Positions 9,501 through 19,539 are shown, counted from the stretch's first letter. The stretch: DNA of 33,688 nt from a virus (IMGVR_UViG_3300012909_000001:1-33688), one strand, 5' to 3'. Made by a program: numbers and translations. Notes: generated by a model not told the origin, from the sequence alone.

Positions 9501-12500
9501 TGATATTATCTGTAGAGGAGTTCTGATTCTCTGTGTGGACATCTCCAATGTTTCTCTCTCCATCAAGTGTACCAATCTCTCCTAATGTACCATCTGATAC
9601 ATACGGACCTATCACTACTACTCTTGGAGCATAACCTGATATCTCTCCATCAACTGTTATTGTATCTTGTATTTTTAATTTATTTTCTAATCTTTCCATT
9701 TGAGCCTGGAATGTTACAGCATTAGAGTGTCCTCCAATACCAGTCTTTCCATCAGCTCCTAACTTCATCTGGTCTCTCTGATAATCATCAGAATAAGGTG
9801 TAAAGTAAGTATTATCTACAGAAGAGTTTAATCTGTCATTAATCAGGTTAGCTGTCTGTGTTGCATTATCAAATGAAAGAATCTTATTAATTTTCTTTTG
9901 TATATTTATATCTGGTGATGAGTATACTGATTTGTATATATCAACCATAGCATTCTCAAGCATCTTAGTTCTTCCTTTAAGAGAAGCAAACTTAGATTTA
10001 CCTTCTTCAGAAGTTAAGTGTGGAAGATATTCATCTTCAAACATTGATGCCATAAGCCTGTCTAAAGAACTGTTATTCTCAGAGTACTGTAACTTAGATA
10101 TCTTACCATTATCTTGTACTTCATAGTTAGATTTATATACTGTTCTTTTATCAATATCAAAATCCTCTCCTAACTGCTGTGTATGTTCTTTAGGAACTAC
10201 TAACATATCTCCTGAGGCTTCTGGTAAGAAGCCAACTACTCTTAAAATAGCACCTGACTGGTGAGAAGATGTAGGAATCCTGAATGAGAAGTTAGATAGA
10301 AGCTCATCATCAATCATATCCTGATTAAGTACAAGTATTCCATTCTGCATAGTTGAGTATGGCTCTTTAGTCAAATCTATAAGCTCTGTCTTTTTCTTAC
10401 CATCAGTTCCTATAGTAGTCTTTCTGAATTTAGATTGAAGCAGAACTTCAGACTCTTTCAGAGTTCCATCAACTACAGTAGCTTTAAGCTCTCCTGTATG
10501 ATTAGGGTCTAACCATACTACCTGAGATTTAACTTTAGAATCTAAATCAGCATCAGCAGTTACTTTCTCAAATCCTTCTGATGAAGATGAGATATGTTGA
10601 TTACCAGGAAGATTAATCTGAATTAATCTGTTGGTAATAATAGCCTGCATTAAAGATTCGAACTTATTAGAACCATTAGATAACCAGATAGGTAACATGA
10701 ATTCAAGTTCTCCCTGAGTATAAGTAAGTTCAAGATTATCAATAATCCCTTCAGGATATTGTCTTGTTGTTGTCTCTCTGTCAAGTAAAGCATGAAGAAG
10801 TTTAATAGTTTCATTAGTATCTACTGGTCTTCTTGTATCTCTGTTAAGTCCTAATTCATCATATAGAAGTTCTTTCTGTATATCAAAATACATAGACTCT
10901 GCATGAAACTTAATCTTATCTAAGTCTCTACCAGATACCATTCCATCTGTTGAAACAATCTTATCTTCATCTGCAAGTCTGTTATTTATAGTCTGAAGAA
11001 GTCCTTCTCCAAATACATTAGGAAATATTTTATTCTCTATTTTATTAATACCATTACCTAAGATAATTTTCCACATCTGTGAACCCATAGTAGTCATATC
11101 ATCCTGGTTCTTTTTAATGAACTTGGCTGTCTTGTATGGAGTATCCTGTTGAATCTTAAAGTTGTTTCTATCAAGAACAAGTGAAGATTCAGTTAATTTA
11201 TTACTATTGTATAACTCATCAAATGGAATGTTATACAAATCATTTACAGTTAATTTAGTATTGACAGCACCTACTTTATTAGCAGTCTGGAATGAAAGTC
11301 TTACATTCTTACCAGTCTTTTCTTCAAGTGATTCCATTTGTCTTCTCACAGCATCAAGTTTGAAATCCTTAGTCATCTGTGGAAGAAGTGGAAAAGAAGA
11401 AGATTTAATATACATAGTTCTGTTTACATTAGGTTTCCCTTCTGCATCATTGAATATGACATTACCAGAGTAAACTGGTTTAAGTGGATTCATTACTACA
11501 GCTAATTCTTTCTTATCAAGTTCTTCACCTGCAAGAAGTTTATTATAAGCTGATTGTACAGTAGTTCTTTCCTCAGTAGTTAATCTACCTTGTCTAAATA
11601 GAACATCAATATGCTCTTTCCATGTAGTATATTCCTGAGCATCAGTTCCTTCTATTTGGAAGTAACCTGATATCTCAGAGTTAGTATCTGCAAGTGTACT
11701 GAGAATTTTACTTCTTGTACTGTCAAGTGCATCTAATTGGTCTTCAAAATCCTCATTTGTATTTCTTGTTTCATATAAAGCTTGTATAGAATTCTCTGTC
11801 TCATTTAACTTAGTTAATAATACTTCATTGTTTTCAGATACAGAACCATAGTATTGTGTAATGAACTCCCTTGCTGTTGAAGTCATCTTAACAGGGTCAT
11901 TAACAAATATTTGTACATACTTATCTTCTTTAGAGTTAGCAAGTTTATTACCAGGGGCAATAAGCATAGCCATTCTCTTAGATATAGATTCTCCAATAGC
12001 TTTAGAGAAACCTACATTATCAATCTCTCCTGTTTCTTTATTTGTGAATTTTTTAACAGATGGAGCATACAAAGCCATATCACCTGCTATAAGCTGGTAA
12101 GTATTGTTTTGATTCAGATACTGGTTTACAACAAAATCATAAGCAGCAATCTGTGCTGTCTTATCTGTAGACAGAGTTGTATTAGCTCCTTTCTTAGATT
12201 TAAGGTATTTACTGTCAAAGAAGTTTATACTTAATTCTTTTGTTTCTTCTCTTTTAACAAAACCAGCATCATACCATGAACCTTTATTAGTTGTTGTATT
12301 TACTTTAGAAAGTACATCTGTGTGTATTACAGCAGCTATAATATCCTTAGCCTGGTCTCTGAACTTATCTCTGATAGCAGCCATTGTATCTAAGTCTTTA
12401 CTACCTTTAGATATAATATCATGTATAGTAGCACCATTCTCTGCTCTCATATTATTAAGTTCAGGAATAGATAAAAATCTCTTAGCAGCACCATCATAGT

Positions 12501-15500
12501 TTTTAATATTAGTTGGAGTGTTATAAGTACTGACAATCCTGTCAAACTCAGCAGCATATATCTGGTCAGTAACAAAGTTCAGAACTTCATCTGAAAGTAC
12601 TACATTATTATCTATCTCATTAAAGTCTTTGTAATCCAAATCTAATAAGGCAGTAGAGTATAGTACCATCTGTTCTTTATCAGATAGTGCAGGATTAAAC
12701 ATATGTCCCATTCTGAATTTCAAATCAGAACCAGGAATTACTTCTCCAAGCTTTCTCAATGTATTTTGGAAGAAAGCATATTGTGTAAGCATGTTATCTG
12801 TTGTAGCAAGCTTGTTTATCTTTCTGTCATCATATACTTTTTGTTTTACTTGTTTAATAGCTTCAAGAGATACGAAACTTACATCATAATAAGTTCTAAA
12901 CTTATCATTTGTTTTCAAAAGTTCAAGTATGTAGTTTCTTTTAGATAATGGTATCTGAGATAAAGCTAAATGATAAGGAGAATTAACATCCTTAAGTTGT
13001 TCTTTAATATCATAAACCATCATCTTCTGAATAGCTCCCTGAATAGATTTAGAACCTACCCTGAAAGACTTAGCTACTCTTGTACCATTAAGTTCTATTT
13101 CTAAATCAATTAAGCTCTCTACAACTCCTTTAGCATTTTCATAAGGATTATTTTCAGATTTCTCTAAAGTAATATTCTCTGTGTTTCTGTTATCAGGAGA
13201 ATTCATAATATCTCTTAAAGTAGATTTGAATACTCCAAGAATACCTGAGCTTGTAGTTATATTAAAACCTTCTTTCTCAATAAGAGCTGTTACTGTATTA
13301 GCATTTACATCAATACCAAGTTCAGATAATATCTCAGATACATCAGGTTGTGTCATAGTATCTGCCCTTAAAGCTTCAATTCTCTCTATAAGAGATTGTA
13401 CTGTTTGTTTGTTATAAACTCTTTCTTCATTTATGGTTTTGAACAAGTCAGAATTTCTGAAATTAGTCTGCCATTGTTGTTGCAATTTAATATCAGATGA
13501 AGATGAGTTTGGATTAATAATTCTAAGTGAATATGTATTTGTATCTCTGTTATAAGCATAGAGAACCATTTGCATATCTAATTTAGATTGAATCATTTTA
13601 TATAATATCTCATTTTGAATTTCTTCAGATGAGTTGTTTATCTTATTTAATATCTGGTTATACACAGGTACATCTTTCTTAGTCTCAAGTATAGAGATTA
13701 AATCCTCTACAGAAGATGGAAGACCTACCATAACTTCCACAAGAGATTGTATAACATCATCTACATCAATGTAATCATTAAGGTAAGCAAAATTAGTAAT
13801 ATTCTCCCTTGTTCTTGGTTTCTGTCTGTTAATACCTGCAAAGAATATTTTCAGATTATTAGAGAATGTAAGCTTAACATCTTTTTCAAGTGCTGACATA
13901 TTGAAACTATATTCAACTTCTCCATTATCATCAGCTATAACATCTTCTGAACCTGTTAACTCTTCTGCCAGGAACCTTTCGAACTTTTTATATAAGTCTC
14001 CTTTAGGAGTTGTACCTAAACCATTAGATATGATTTTATTTTTTTCTTTTACAACAGTTTCTAATTGTTCTATCTTCTCATTGAATCTGTCAATAAGAGG
14101 TAACATATCAGTATTATTAAGTGCTGTAAGGTTAGCTACTGTATCTTTGATTTTATCAATCTCTGGTTGCAGATATGAATCTACAGAAGAGTCTATCTTA
14201 GCTACTATATCAGCAAGATTAACTGTACCACCCTTAGTACTTATATCTGAAAGAACCAGATTAAATAAAGAGTTAGTTAAGACTTTCTGTTGTATAGGAC
14301 TAAGTGAACTTATCTGATTACTTTGAATCTTATCAAGCTCAGCTATTTGTTCTGGTGTAAATTCAAATCTTGAATAAAAATTAACATCATCGTCATTTAT
14401 CTCCATACCTTTAAGTATCCTCATAGCTTCTTCTTTAAGAGCATCAGGTATAGCTGTTATAGCTTTCTGTAATGTAGGATTATCTTGTTCATTTAACTCC
14501 TGAGCTGTCTCCATAGCAGCTTCCTGGATTTGCTCCTGCATTGTAAGAGTAGGAGCAACCTGAGATGCCTGAGCAGTTCTGAAATAAATCATAGGTTGTA
14601 CATCAGTAATCCATTTAGACTTACCATCTTTACCTTGTATTTCAAAAGATTTAATATTAGTCTTAACAGAATCTTTTATATATCCTTCATAAGTATTCTC
14701 TCCATGTTTATTTTCATATGGAACAATAGAACCTGTTTCAGATATCTGTACAAAAGGTCTGTTTTTATTTAATTGAGATTTAGATATGTCAAAGTGAGTC
14801 TTTCTAAACAGACCATCATTACCTTTGAAGTTTTTCTCAAGTATCTGAAGTACATAAGGTATAGACCTTTCAGTTATATTACCGAGGTTAATACCTGGTA
14901 AACTATCATATCCTTTTTCATTTCTGGCAACAGGATTTCCATCCTTATTAACAATCTTAATTACATTCTTATCAACAGATATATAATTAGTATTAATAGG
15001 AAACTTAGTTCTTCCTGTAGCAGAGTTTACACTATTGTTCTCAAGCTTATCTACCATTCTTGAATTCATACTGTCAACAGTGACAAACATATTCATGTAT
15101 TCACCTATCTCAAATTGAATATCAAGTCTTGTAGTAGCTCTGATTTGTTTTTGTATTTCTTTAGCTTTAGATAATGTCATTCCATATTGAGATTCTAATT
15201 CAGAATTCAATATAGGATTATTACCACCATTCAAAAGAACAGAGGCAATAATAGAATGTTTTATATTGTTATAAGCTACATCATTAATATCTTCTTGTTT
15301 ATGAGCATCATTAGTTATTACAGGAAGTGCAATTTGTTCTCCTGTATTAACTGTTCTGATTTCATATATTTGTCCTACCTGGAATTTATTAGCATCAAGA
15401 TTATTTACAAGCTTTGCATTTACAACTCCTGTAGAATCTTGTAGTTCATCAAATTTACTGGCTACAACTATCTTAGTATCTCCTGTAGCTTCAGTAAGAC

Positions 15501-18500
15501 TTATAGGTTTATTATCTGATTCTAATTTATTAAGTTTGAATAGACTACCAAATTTTCTCTCAGAGATAACTATCTTATTATTACCTGCAAGTATATTTTG
15601 TCTTAGTTCCTGATTTTCAAGTTTACCTTTCTTAATAATTTCTCTCTGTGTTTCAACAGGAGCAATATTAGAAGTATTATACCAATCAGTATCATGTACA
15701 TAGAATACAGCTTGTCCATCCAGTTGAGCAACCATAGGAAGCTTATTGTTATATTGGACAGAACCTGGTTCTACATTATATTTCTTAATCCAATTACCAA
15801 ATGTAATTTCTGATTTAACCCATGTATTATCTTTGAATTCCCAATCTGCTACTTTAAATGAATTTACATTATCAGGTACAACAACTTCAAGTGCTGTTCC
15901 TTCTTTAACAGCATCATAATCAAGTACGAAATGATTATCCATTTGTTCTGATTCATTAAGCTGAGCAAGTACAGGTAACTTAGATAATGTACCATCTGAA
16001 TTAGGTACATCTTTATATTGCACACCAAGGTATGCAGCTTTACTCTGTGGAGTAGCTGTTTGAAATTTCTCAGAGTAATTACCATCTTTCTCTACAGGTC
16101 TGTTATCTTTATCATAAGATACAGTCTTAGAATTATCTACAATAGCAGATGTAACAGCAAGATTAGTCTGAGTGATTACATCATCAGGAGCTAAGAAACC
16201 AGAAAGCATAGTTTCAGATAAAGTATCTAAGTTATAAATGTTATCATATATTTCTCCTGCATTGGAAGTATCTCTTCCAATAGCATTCCATGCATACTCA
16301 TATGCTTTAAACATAGTATCTACATTATCATAAGAAGTCTTGGCTATCCTGTCATTGATAAAATCTTCGAATTGAGCTTCCTTATCTAATTCCTTATCAA
16401 GCTTATCTGCTATTCTTGTATGTAAATCCACTAATGCTTTCTGTTGCTGTGGAGTTACTTTCTGAGCCTGGAACTCTCTTGGAGAGAACTCTTCAGGTCC
16501 ACCTGAATTAAGTAAACCTGATGAAAGCATTTTAGATAGTAAGTCATCACCAGCTTTATCATCTTCATCCTGCTCTTTAGTTCCCTCAGGAGTTCTTTCA
16601 ATTTCAGGTTCTACTACCGGAGCAGGTTCCTGGAAATTAGGATTAACTTCTGTGATTACTTCTGTAGCAGCTATTTGTGATTTCTTATTTTCTGCTGTAG
16701 CTACTAATCCTTCTGTAGCTATATTTGTTTTTACTGCATCTTCAACTACTGCATCAACCTGGTCTGCTGTTTGTGCATTCTTAATAGTTTGTACAGCTAC
16801 TTTTTCTTTTTTCTTATTAGCTTCTTCCTGGAAATATTCCTGGTTATAAGGATTAGTCTGTCTTGATAATTCAATTGTATTTTGGAAATCAACCTCATCA
16901 AATTTCTTTTTGAAATCTCTTAATTGTAAGTACTCATTGATATTACCTATATTATCCTTAACCAGATTATTTATATGTCTTACATAATTGTTATTTTGTT
17001 CAATATCTAATAAACCACCCTCTACAGAATCAATTAGTGAATCTACAGATTGATAGTCTTCAAGTCCTCTTGCTTTGTTATAAGCTTCAAACTCTTCTTT
17101 ACCCTCAAACTTAATAGCATTAAGTCTTTCCTGTAACTGAGTACTTGTTTGTTTGTTCAGAACTTTTTGTGCAGCAAGTTGAGCTATAGTCTCATAGTTA
17201 GGCTTATCTCCATGTTTTTCCTGTACATGAGATAGTTCTTTTACTACAGCTAAAGCTGCTGGTATATTATTTCTTGTTTGTTCTGATAAGTCCTGATTGG
17301 TTTTAATTCTCTCAAGACTTCTTTCAAAAGTATCAAGTGTACCTGTCTGCATTGCTTTAACAGCAAGATTAGAGAAACTCTTTTTCTCTAATTTGTCAGC
17401 TTCTTCATTCTTACCATCAGTTCTTAACTTAGCTATCTTAGCCTGGTAATCATCTACTTCAAATAAAGTATTACCAGTATTCATAACTATATGCTGAGCC
17501 AGTTGTTCATCTGTCACAGCTTTATCTATATTTTTATATAGTTGTTTAATTTCTTTTTTAGACTCTTTATTTTCTTTATACTGTTTCCTGTATTCAGGAC
17601 TTGTAGTATAGTCTAATGCATGTTTACCTGTACCTAATGCAGTAAATCCTCCACCCATTAAAAGAGTTTGTGCTACAACATCCATATAGAATGATGGATT
17701 AGCAAGCTCTTGTAATTGTTTTTGATAATCTTCTGTATAAGTAGGAGTAAGCTGTGTAGATATCTCTTCAAGAACCTCACCTGGAAGCCCATGAAAAATC
17801 TTAGCAGCACCTGTATGTCCTGCTACATTTGAACCAATCTTGCCAATAGCAGTATCATTAATTAATTCTGCTCCTCTTCCATAAGCTTTTGAAAGCTGTT
17901 TAAGTCCAGGAGTTTTTTCTGCTAATCTTGTAAGAGGTTTAAACATTTTATCCCCTATTTCTCCTACATACTTCTCAGAACCAAGTTCTTTCAGAGACTC
18001 AGTGTATCCATATATTAAAGCATCATCAGCACTTATATCTTTTTGTATATCTCCTGTATTAGGGTCATATATTTGATTAAGGTCAGACTTAACTTTATCA
18101 ATTTGATTTCTTATATCAAATAATCTAGCATTATCTTCAGCAGACTTATTTACTTTATTATCTAATTCTTTTTCTTTTTGTTGAAGTATAACAATAGTAT
18201 TTGCAGCCTCTTTCTCAAATGCTACTCTTGCAGATTTGGAAACAAGTATTTTTTCATTACCTTCAGAGTCTGTAACTAATTGAGTTTGCCCAATATATTT
18301 ATTAGCAGTATTTTGGTATGTCATAGGAGTAGCAGTAGCTTGAGCTAAAAGCTCACCTGTACCAATAAGTCCTTTCTCTACATATTTAATAGCAGCAAGT
18401 TTAGCTAACTGTGTTTTAGTTAGCTGAGTTCCCATATCTCCTAATAGAATTTTAAGACCTATTCTCTCAGCAAGTGGAGTTACTACAGCTTTAGTTGCAG

Positions 18501-19530
18501 CACCACCAAGAGCTTCTACAGGACCTGTTGCTATCATCTGTTCAGCAAATACAACACTCTGTCCTGTACCCTGTCCTGTTCTATATAAGAATCTGTTTTT
18601 AGATAAATCAAGACTCTCAACTTGTTGTTGAGTATTATAAGCTTTAAGCAAATCATTCTCAGTATCAGACAAAGGTTTTTCAGCTCTTACTTTTTTTACT
18701 GTGGCTGAAACATTGAAACTATTAATAAGAGAATTCAAACCAAGTGTAGGATATTCTTTTGACATAGTTCCTAAACCACTTAATACTCCATCTTCATTAT
18801 TGATATATTTTTCTAGTATTTCTTTTTGTTGCTCAAGCATATCAGCAGTAGCAGCACCAGAGAAATCATCAGGGTCAACAGAAGTTAACCACCCACCCAT
18901 TTTAGCTATTTCTATAGATTTAGCTTTATTTTCAGGAGTGCTTCTTGCAGCAGCTTTCTGCTTATATACTTCAAGTTGTGCATTAACCTCTTTAAGTTTC
19001 TCTATAGCAATAGGAGTCTCAATCTTTCTTCTTTCTTTAATAAGGTCTTTATACTTCTGCTTATCTTTACCCATACCGGCAGTATCAGGTGTAAGAGCAT
19101 CTGCTAACCAGTAAAAAGGTTTCATAAAATTAAGACCTGTTGATAAAGGAGTTAATCCTGTATTACCAGAAAAAGATGAATTCTTATCAGCTTGCTTAAC
19201 AACATTAAGAGATTCAAGTTTACTCATCTCTTCTTTAATTCCTTTCAGAGTTTTAAGATTAGGAGTATCACCTTTATCAAACAAGACTTGCTCAACACCA
19301 TCTTTTGGTTCGAGCTTCTTTTGTTCTTCTTGTTGTTGTACTTGAGCTTCATAATCACCTACTTGCTTCTCAATTTCTTTTTGCTGCGCAACTTCAGCAT
19401 CAATCTCATTAAGTTGTTCATCAGTAAGTTTAGGCATCTCTGGCATTTTTGCCAGTACACTCTCATTACCATATATACTACTTAAAGGATTCTCTACCTG
19501 TCCTTGTATGTATGCTCTCTTCTTTCCCAT
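6553..19530 (-). CDS. 4325-aa virion-packaged two-barrel RNA polymerase polyprotein (crAss-like vRNAP) with N-terminal ejection-protein-like region, zincin-like domain and C-terminal GNAT
   Basis: GEDFDIDK catalytic motif (DFDID, the crAss-like vRNAP form of DxDxD as in phi14:2 gp66), preceded by FRIPTSSHQS (R-x-P of the beta'-like barrel). EGTDAQ and YIKSS resemble beta-like barrel motifs. LEEIIH...YEF and FRRKGIA motifs lie near the C-terminus. Confidence 0.92.
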   Translation of the reverse strand: MGKKRAYIQGQVENPLSSIYGNESVLAKMPEMPKLTDEQLNEIDAEVAQQKEIEKQVGDYEAQVQQQEEQKKLEPKDGVEQVLFDKGDTPNLKTLKGIKEEMSKLESLNVVKQADKNSSFSGNTGLTPLSTGLNFMKPFYWLADALTPDTAGMGKDKQKYKDLIKERRKIETPIAIEKLKEVNAQLEVYKQKAAARSTPENKAKSIEIAKMGGWLTSVDPDDFSGAATADMLEQQKEILEKYINNEDGVLSGLGTMSKEYPTLGLNSLINSFNVSATVKKVRAEKPLSDTENDLLKAYNTQQQVESLDLSKNRFLYRTGQGTGQSVVFAEQMIATGPVEALGGAATKAVVTPLAERIGLKILLGDMGTQLTKTQLAKLAAIKYVEKGLIGTGELLAQATATPMTYQNTANKYIGQTQLVTDSEGNEKILVSKSARVAFEKEAANTIVILQQKEKELDNKVNKSAEDNARLFDIRNQIDKVKSDLNQIYDPNTGDIQKDISADDALIYGYTESLKELGSEKYVGEIGDKMFKPLTRLAEKTPGLKQLSKAYGRGAELINDTAIGKIGSNVAGHTGAAKIFHGLPGEVLEEISTQLTPTYTEDYQKQLQELANPSFYMDVVAQTLLMGGGFTALGTGKHALDYTTSPEYRKQYKENKESKKEIKQLYKNIDKAVTDEQLAQHIVMNTGNTLFEVDDYQAKIAKLRTDGKNEEADKLEKKSFSNLAVKAMQTGTLDTFERSLERIKTNQDLSEQTRNNIPAALAVVKELSHVQEKHGDKPNYETIAQLAAQKVLNKQTSTQLQERLNAIKFEGKEEFEAYNKARGLEDYQSVDSLIDSVEGGLLDIEQNNNYVRHINNLVKDNIGNINEYLQLRDFKKKFDEVDFQNTIELSRQTNPYNQEYFQEEANKKKEKVAVQTIKNAQTADQVDAVVEDAVKTNIATEGLVATAENKKSQIAATEVITEVNPNFQEPAPVVEPEIERTPEGTKEQDEDDKAGDDLLSKMLSSGLLNSGGPEEFSPREFQAQKVTPQQQKALVDLHTRIADKLDKELDKEAQFEDFINDRIAKTSYDNVDTMFKAYEYAWNAIGRDTSNAGEIYDNIYNLDTLSETMLSGFLAPDDVITQTNLAVTSAIVDNSKTVSYDKDNRPVEKDGNYSEKFQTATPQSKAAYLGVQYKDVPNSDGTLSKLPVLAQLNESEQMDNHFVLDYDAVKEGTALEVVVPDNVNSFKVADWEFKDNTWVKSEITFGNWIKKYNVEPGSVQYNNKLPMVAQLDGQAVFYVHDTDWYNTSNIAPVETQREIIKKGKLENQELRQNILAGNNKIVISERKFGSLFKLNKLESDNKPISLTEATGDTKIVVASKFDELQDSTGVVNAKLVNNLDANKFQVGQIYEIRTVNTGEQIALPVITNDAHKQEDINDVAYNNIKHSIIASVLLNGGNNPILNSELESQYGMTLSKAKEIQKQIRATTRLDIQFEIGEYMNMFVTVDSMNSRMVDKLENNSVNSATGRTKFPINTNYISVDKNVIKIVNKDGNPVARNEKGYDSLPGINLGNITERSIPYVLQILEKNFKGNDGLFRKTHFDISKSQLNKNRPFVQISETGSIVPYENKHGENTYEGYIKDSVKTNIKSFEIQGKDGKSKWITDVQPMIYFRTAQASQVAPTLTMQEQIQEAAMETAQELNEQDNPTLQKAITAIPDALKEEAMRILKGMEINDDDVNFYSRFEFTPEQIAELDKIQSNQISSLSPIQQKVLTNSLFNLVLSDISTKGGTVNLADIVAKIDSSVDSYLQPEIDKIKDTVANLTALNNTDMLPLIDRFNEKIEQLETVVKEKNKIISNGLGTTPKGDLYKKFERFLAEELTGSEDVIADDNGEVEYSFNMSALEKDVKLTFSNNLKIFFAGINRQKPRTRENITNFAYLNDYIDVDDVIQSLVEVMVGLPSSVEDLISILETKKDVPVYNQILNKINNSSEEIQNEILYKMIQSKLDMQMVLYAYNRDTNTYSLRIINPNSSSSDIKLQQQWQTNFRNSDLFKTINEERVYNKQTVQSLIERIEALRADTMTQPDVSEILSELGIDVNANTVTALIEKEGFNITTSSGILGVFKSTLRDIMNSPDNRNTENITLEKSENNPYENAKGVVESLIDLEIELNGTRVAKSFRVGSKSIQGAIQKMMVYDIKEQLKDVNSPYHLALSQIPLSKRNYILELLKTNDKFRTYYDVSFVSLEAIKQVKQKVYDDRKINKLATTDNMLTQYAFFQNTLRKLGEVIPGSDLKFRMGHMFNPALSDKEQMVLYSTALLDLDYKDFNEIDNNVVLSDEVLNFVTDQIYAAEFDRIVSTYNTPTNIKNYDGAAKRFLSIPELNNMRAENGATIHDIISKGSKDLDTMAAIRDKFRDQAKDIIAAVIHTDVLSKVNTTTNKGSWYDAGFVKREETKELSINFFDSKYLKSKKGANTTLSTDKTAQIAAYDFVVNQYLNQNNTYQLIAGDMALYAPSVKKFTNKETGEIDNVGFSKAIGESISKRMAMLIAPGNKLANSKEDKYVQIFVNDPVKMTSTAREFITQYYGSVSENNEVLLTKLNETENSIQALYETRNTNEDFEDQLDALDSTRSKILSTLADTNSEISGYFQIEGTDAQEYTTWKEHIDVLFRQGRLTTEERTTVQSAYNKLLAGEELDKKELAVVMNPLKPVYSGNVIFNDAEGKPNVNRTMYIKSSSFPLLPQMTKDFKLDAVRRQMESLEEKTGKNVRLSFQTANKVGAVNTKLTVNDLYNIPFDELYNSNKLTESSLVLDRNNFKIQQDTPYKTAKFIKKNQDDMTTMGSQMWKIILGNGINKIENKIFPNVFGEGLLQTINNRLADEDKIVSTDGMVSGRDLDKIKFHAESMYFDIQKELLYDELGLNRDTRRPVDTNETIKLLHALLDRETTTRQYPEGIIDNLELTYTQGELEFMLPIWLSNGSNKFESLMQAIITNRLIQINLPGNQHISSSSEGFEKVTADADLDSKVKSQVVWLDPNHTGELKATVVDGTLKESEVLLQSKFRKTTIGTDGKKKTELIDLTKEPYSTMQNGILVLNQDMIDDELLSNFSFRIPTSSHQSGAILRVVGFLPEASGDMLVVPKEHTQQLGEDFDIDKRTVYKSNYEVQDNGKISKLQYSENNSSLDRLMASMFEDEYLPHLTSEEGKSKFASLKGRTKMLENAMVDIYKSVYSSPDINIQKKINKILSFDNATQTANLINDRLNSSVDNTYFTPYSDDYQRDQMKLGADGKTGIGGHSNAVTFQAQMERLENKLKIQDTITVDGEISGYAPRVVVIGPYVSDGTLGEIGTLDGERNIGDVHTENQNSSTDNIKAQIMGKRNENPYTMNVLIQLTFRGFDMANFTKRDTNNPSSVQLPSLFISQPILRRYVELKEQNKSITSEFDSNAEQTIIGKLIQEFGQGIKVSRDEQGNFNRTEFMNEVDYQLASARMTGDALYDNLINQEDLKTWDGGIQLATLQKFFRLEEEAKHLGKYQSLINLSTSGLGISYFNVLERIQGINDMGYEEEISNVKDLVGKFIHKDDFQENPPVDKNDYTLVGDFYIKPTTTEGTVLIQSVSSAEDIMDINFPYKQQFITDYIDSIIENKGKDLGKKQKMDLQYRVVSSMKDYLYSTNNIGLFQGDVSAERERLFFDRDDNESLASYMNNLKVSKRYPLMYTNELLKALQFDGIQTTGAPSIIKHQTDFNTNFDKTDKYNSFMELIQDDKTDLGTFNGEPMTPRKLAQDLASYAYLANNENGAIGFRDFVNVKYLTAAGVSENIRNINRSRAGWNISNLMENFIKQFYQHNPEEARIFSPVNTNIEEFAMVNLEANKERNRYNASKEEINKIRFFNELTEFSLRDNAYQFIAMRDTSIKLSDNQYKLFQWDGDKYVQIPVLGTFGFNEYNPNNSNQKSIIYPEVGKDTTVVNNSGAIQATPALVLDQVLDLSKGITSLMEQLYNSPNSKYREFAEQLTPYIDNTTKVKIEAVMTSKGDLSTGVYRKTDNTIYLNPNLISELMMKKGINADNLNSVVEEILLEEIIHSITISQLDKYGTMTDDVYTPGENTPVFIDKLVALHNIAKQKLPNEYYTKNLYEFTAGVFVSEDFTNTLDNIMHNGKTLLDHFKDAIASMIRFITGSTYSDATRNTVFELLSNTNINVQTIEVNEIQEMKQEDFSIDNFLNKFNSGTFETGGPQEEFSGREFYSKDGDKFDFEIYDGINGKIDNPEQRSNKDKLSLSVKREGQTVGTVSFWKDTDGKYYSNNIFINQNFRRKGIASALYKYAQEIGLEIKPSKIQTEMGEKFSQSRLPEIKKC
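6556..6888 (-). other. C-terminal GNAT acetyltransferase domain of the vRNAP polyprotein
   Basis: 'QTVGTVSF...YSNNIFINQNFRRKGIASALYKYA' matches GNAT beta3 and motif A (acetyl-CoA binding R/Q-x-x-G-x-A). It ends '...PSKIQTEMGEKF'. Confidence 0.8.
7100..7520 (-). other. Zincin-like metallopeptidase domain (EEIIH at 7372-7386; distal E in NLYEFTAG)
   Basis: 'GVYRKTDNTIYLNP...ILLEEIIHSIT...KNLYEFTAGVF' follows the zincin layout, with HExxH replaced by EExxH. Zincin-like domains are known in crAss-like vRNAP-region proteins. Confidence 0.7.
10150..10164 (-). other. RNAP catalytic DFDID motif
   Basis: GAT TTT GAT ATT GAT on the minus strand, in frame with 6553..19530. Confidence 0.92.
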
Positions 19531-19539
19531 AATTTGTTT

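Noticed and set aside
1475-19160. Hexapeptide GLTPLS shared by the 2001-aa protein (TM region) and the vRNAP N-terminus
   Set aside because: A single short match in different contexts is plausible by chance across about 6300 aa, and no further similarity surrounds it.
6553-19530. Intein, intron or homing endonuclease explaining the size of the RNAP
   Set aside because: I saw no intein splice junction pattern (there is no internal Cys at all), no LAGLIDADG or HNH motif, and the frame is uninterrupted.
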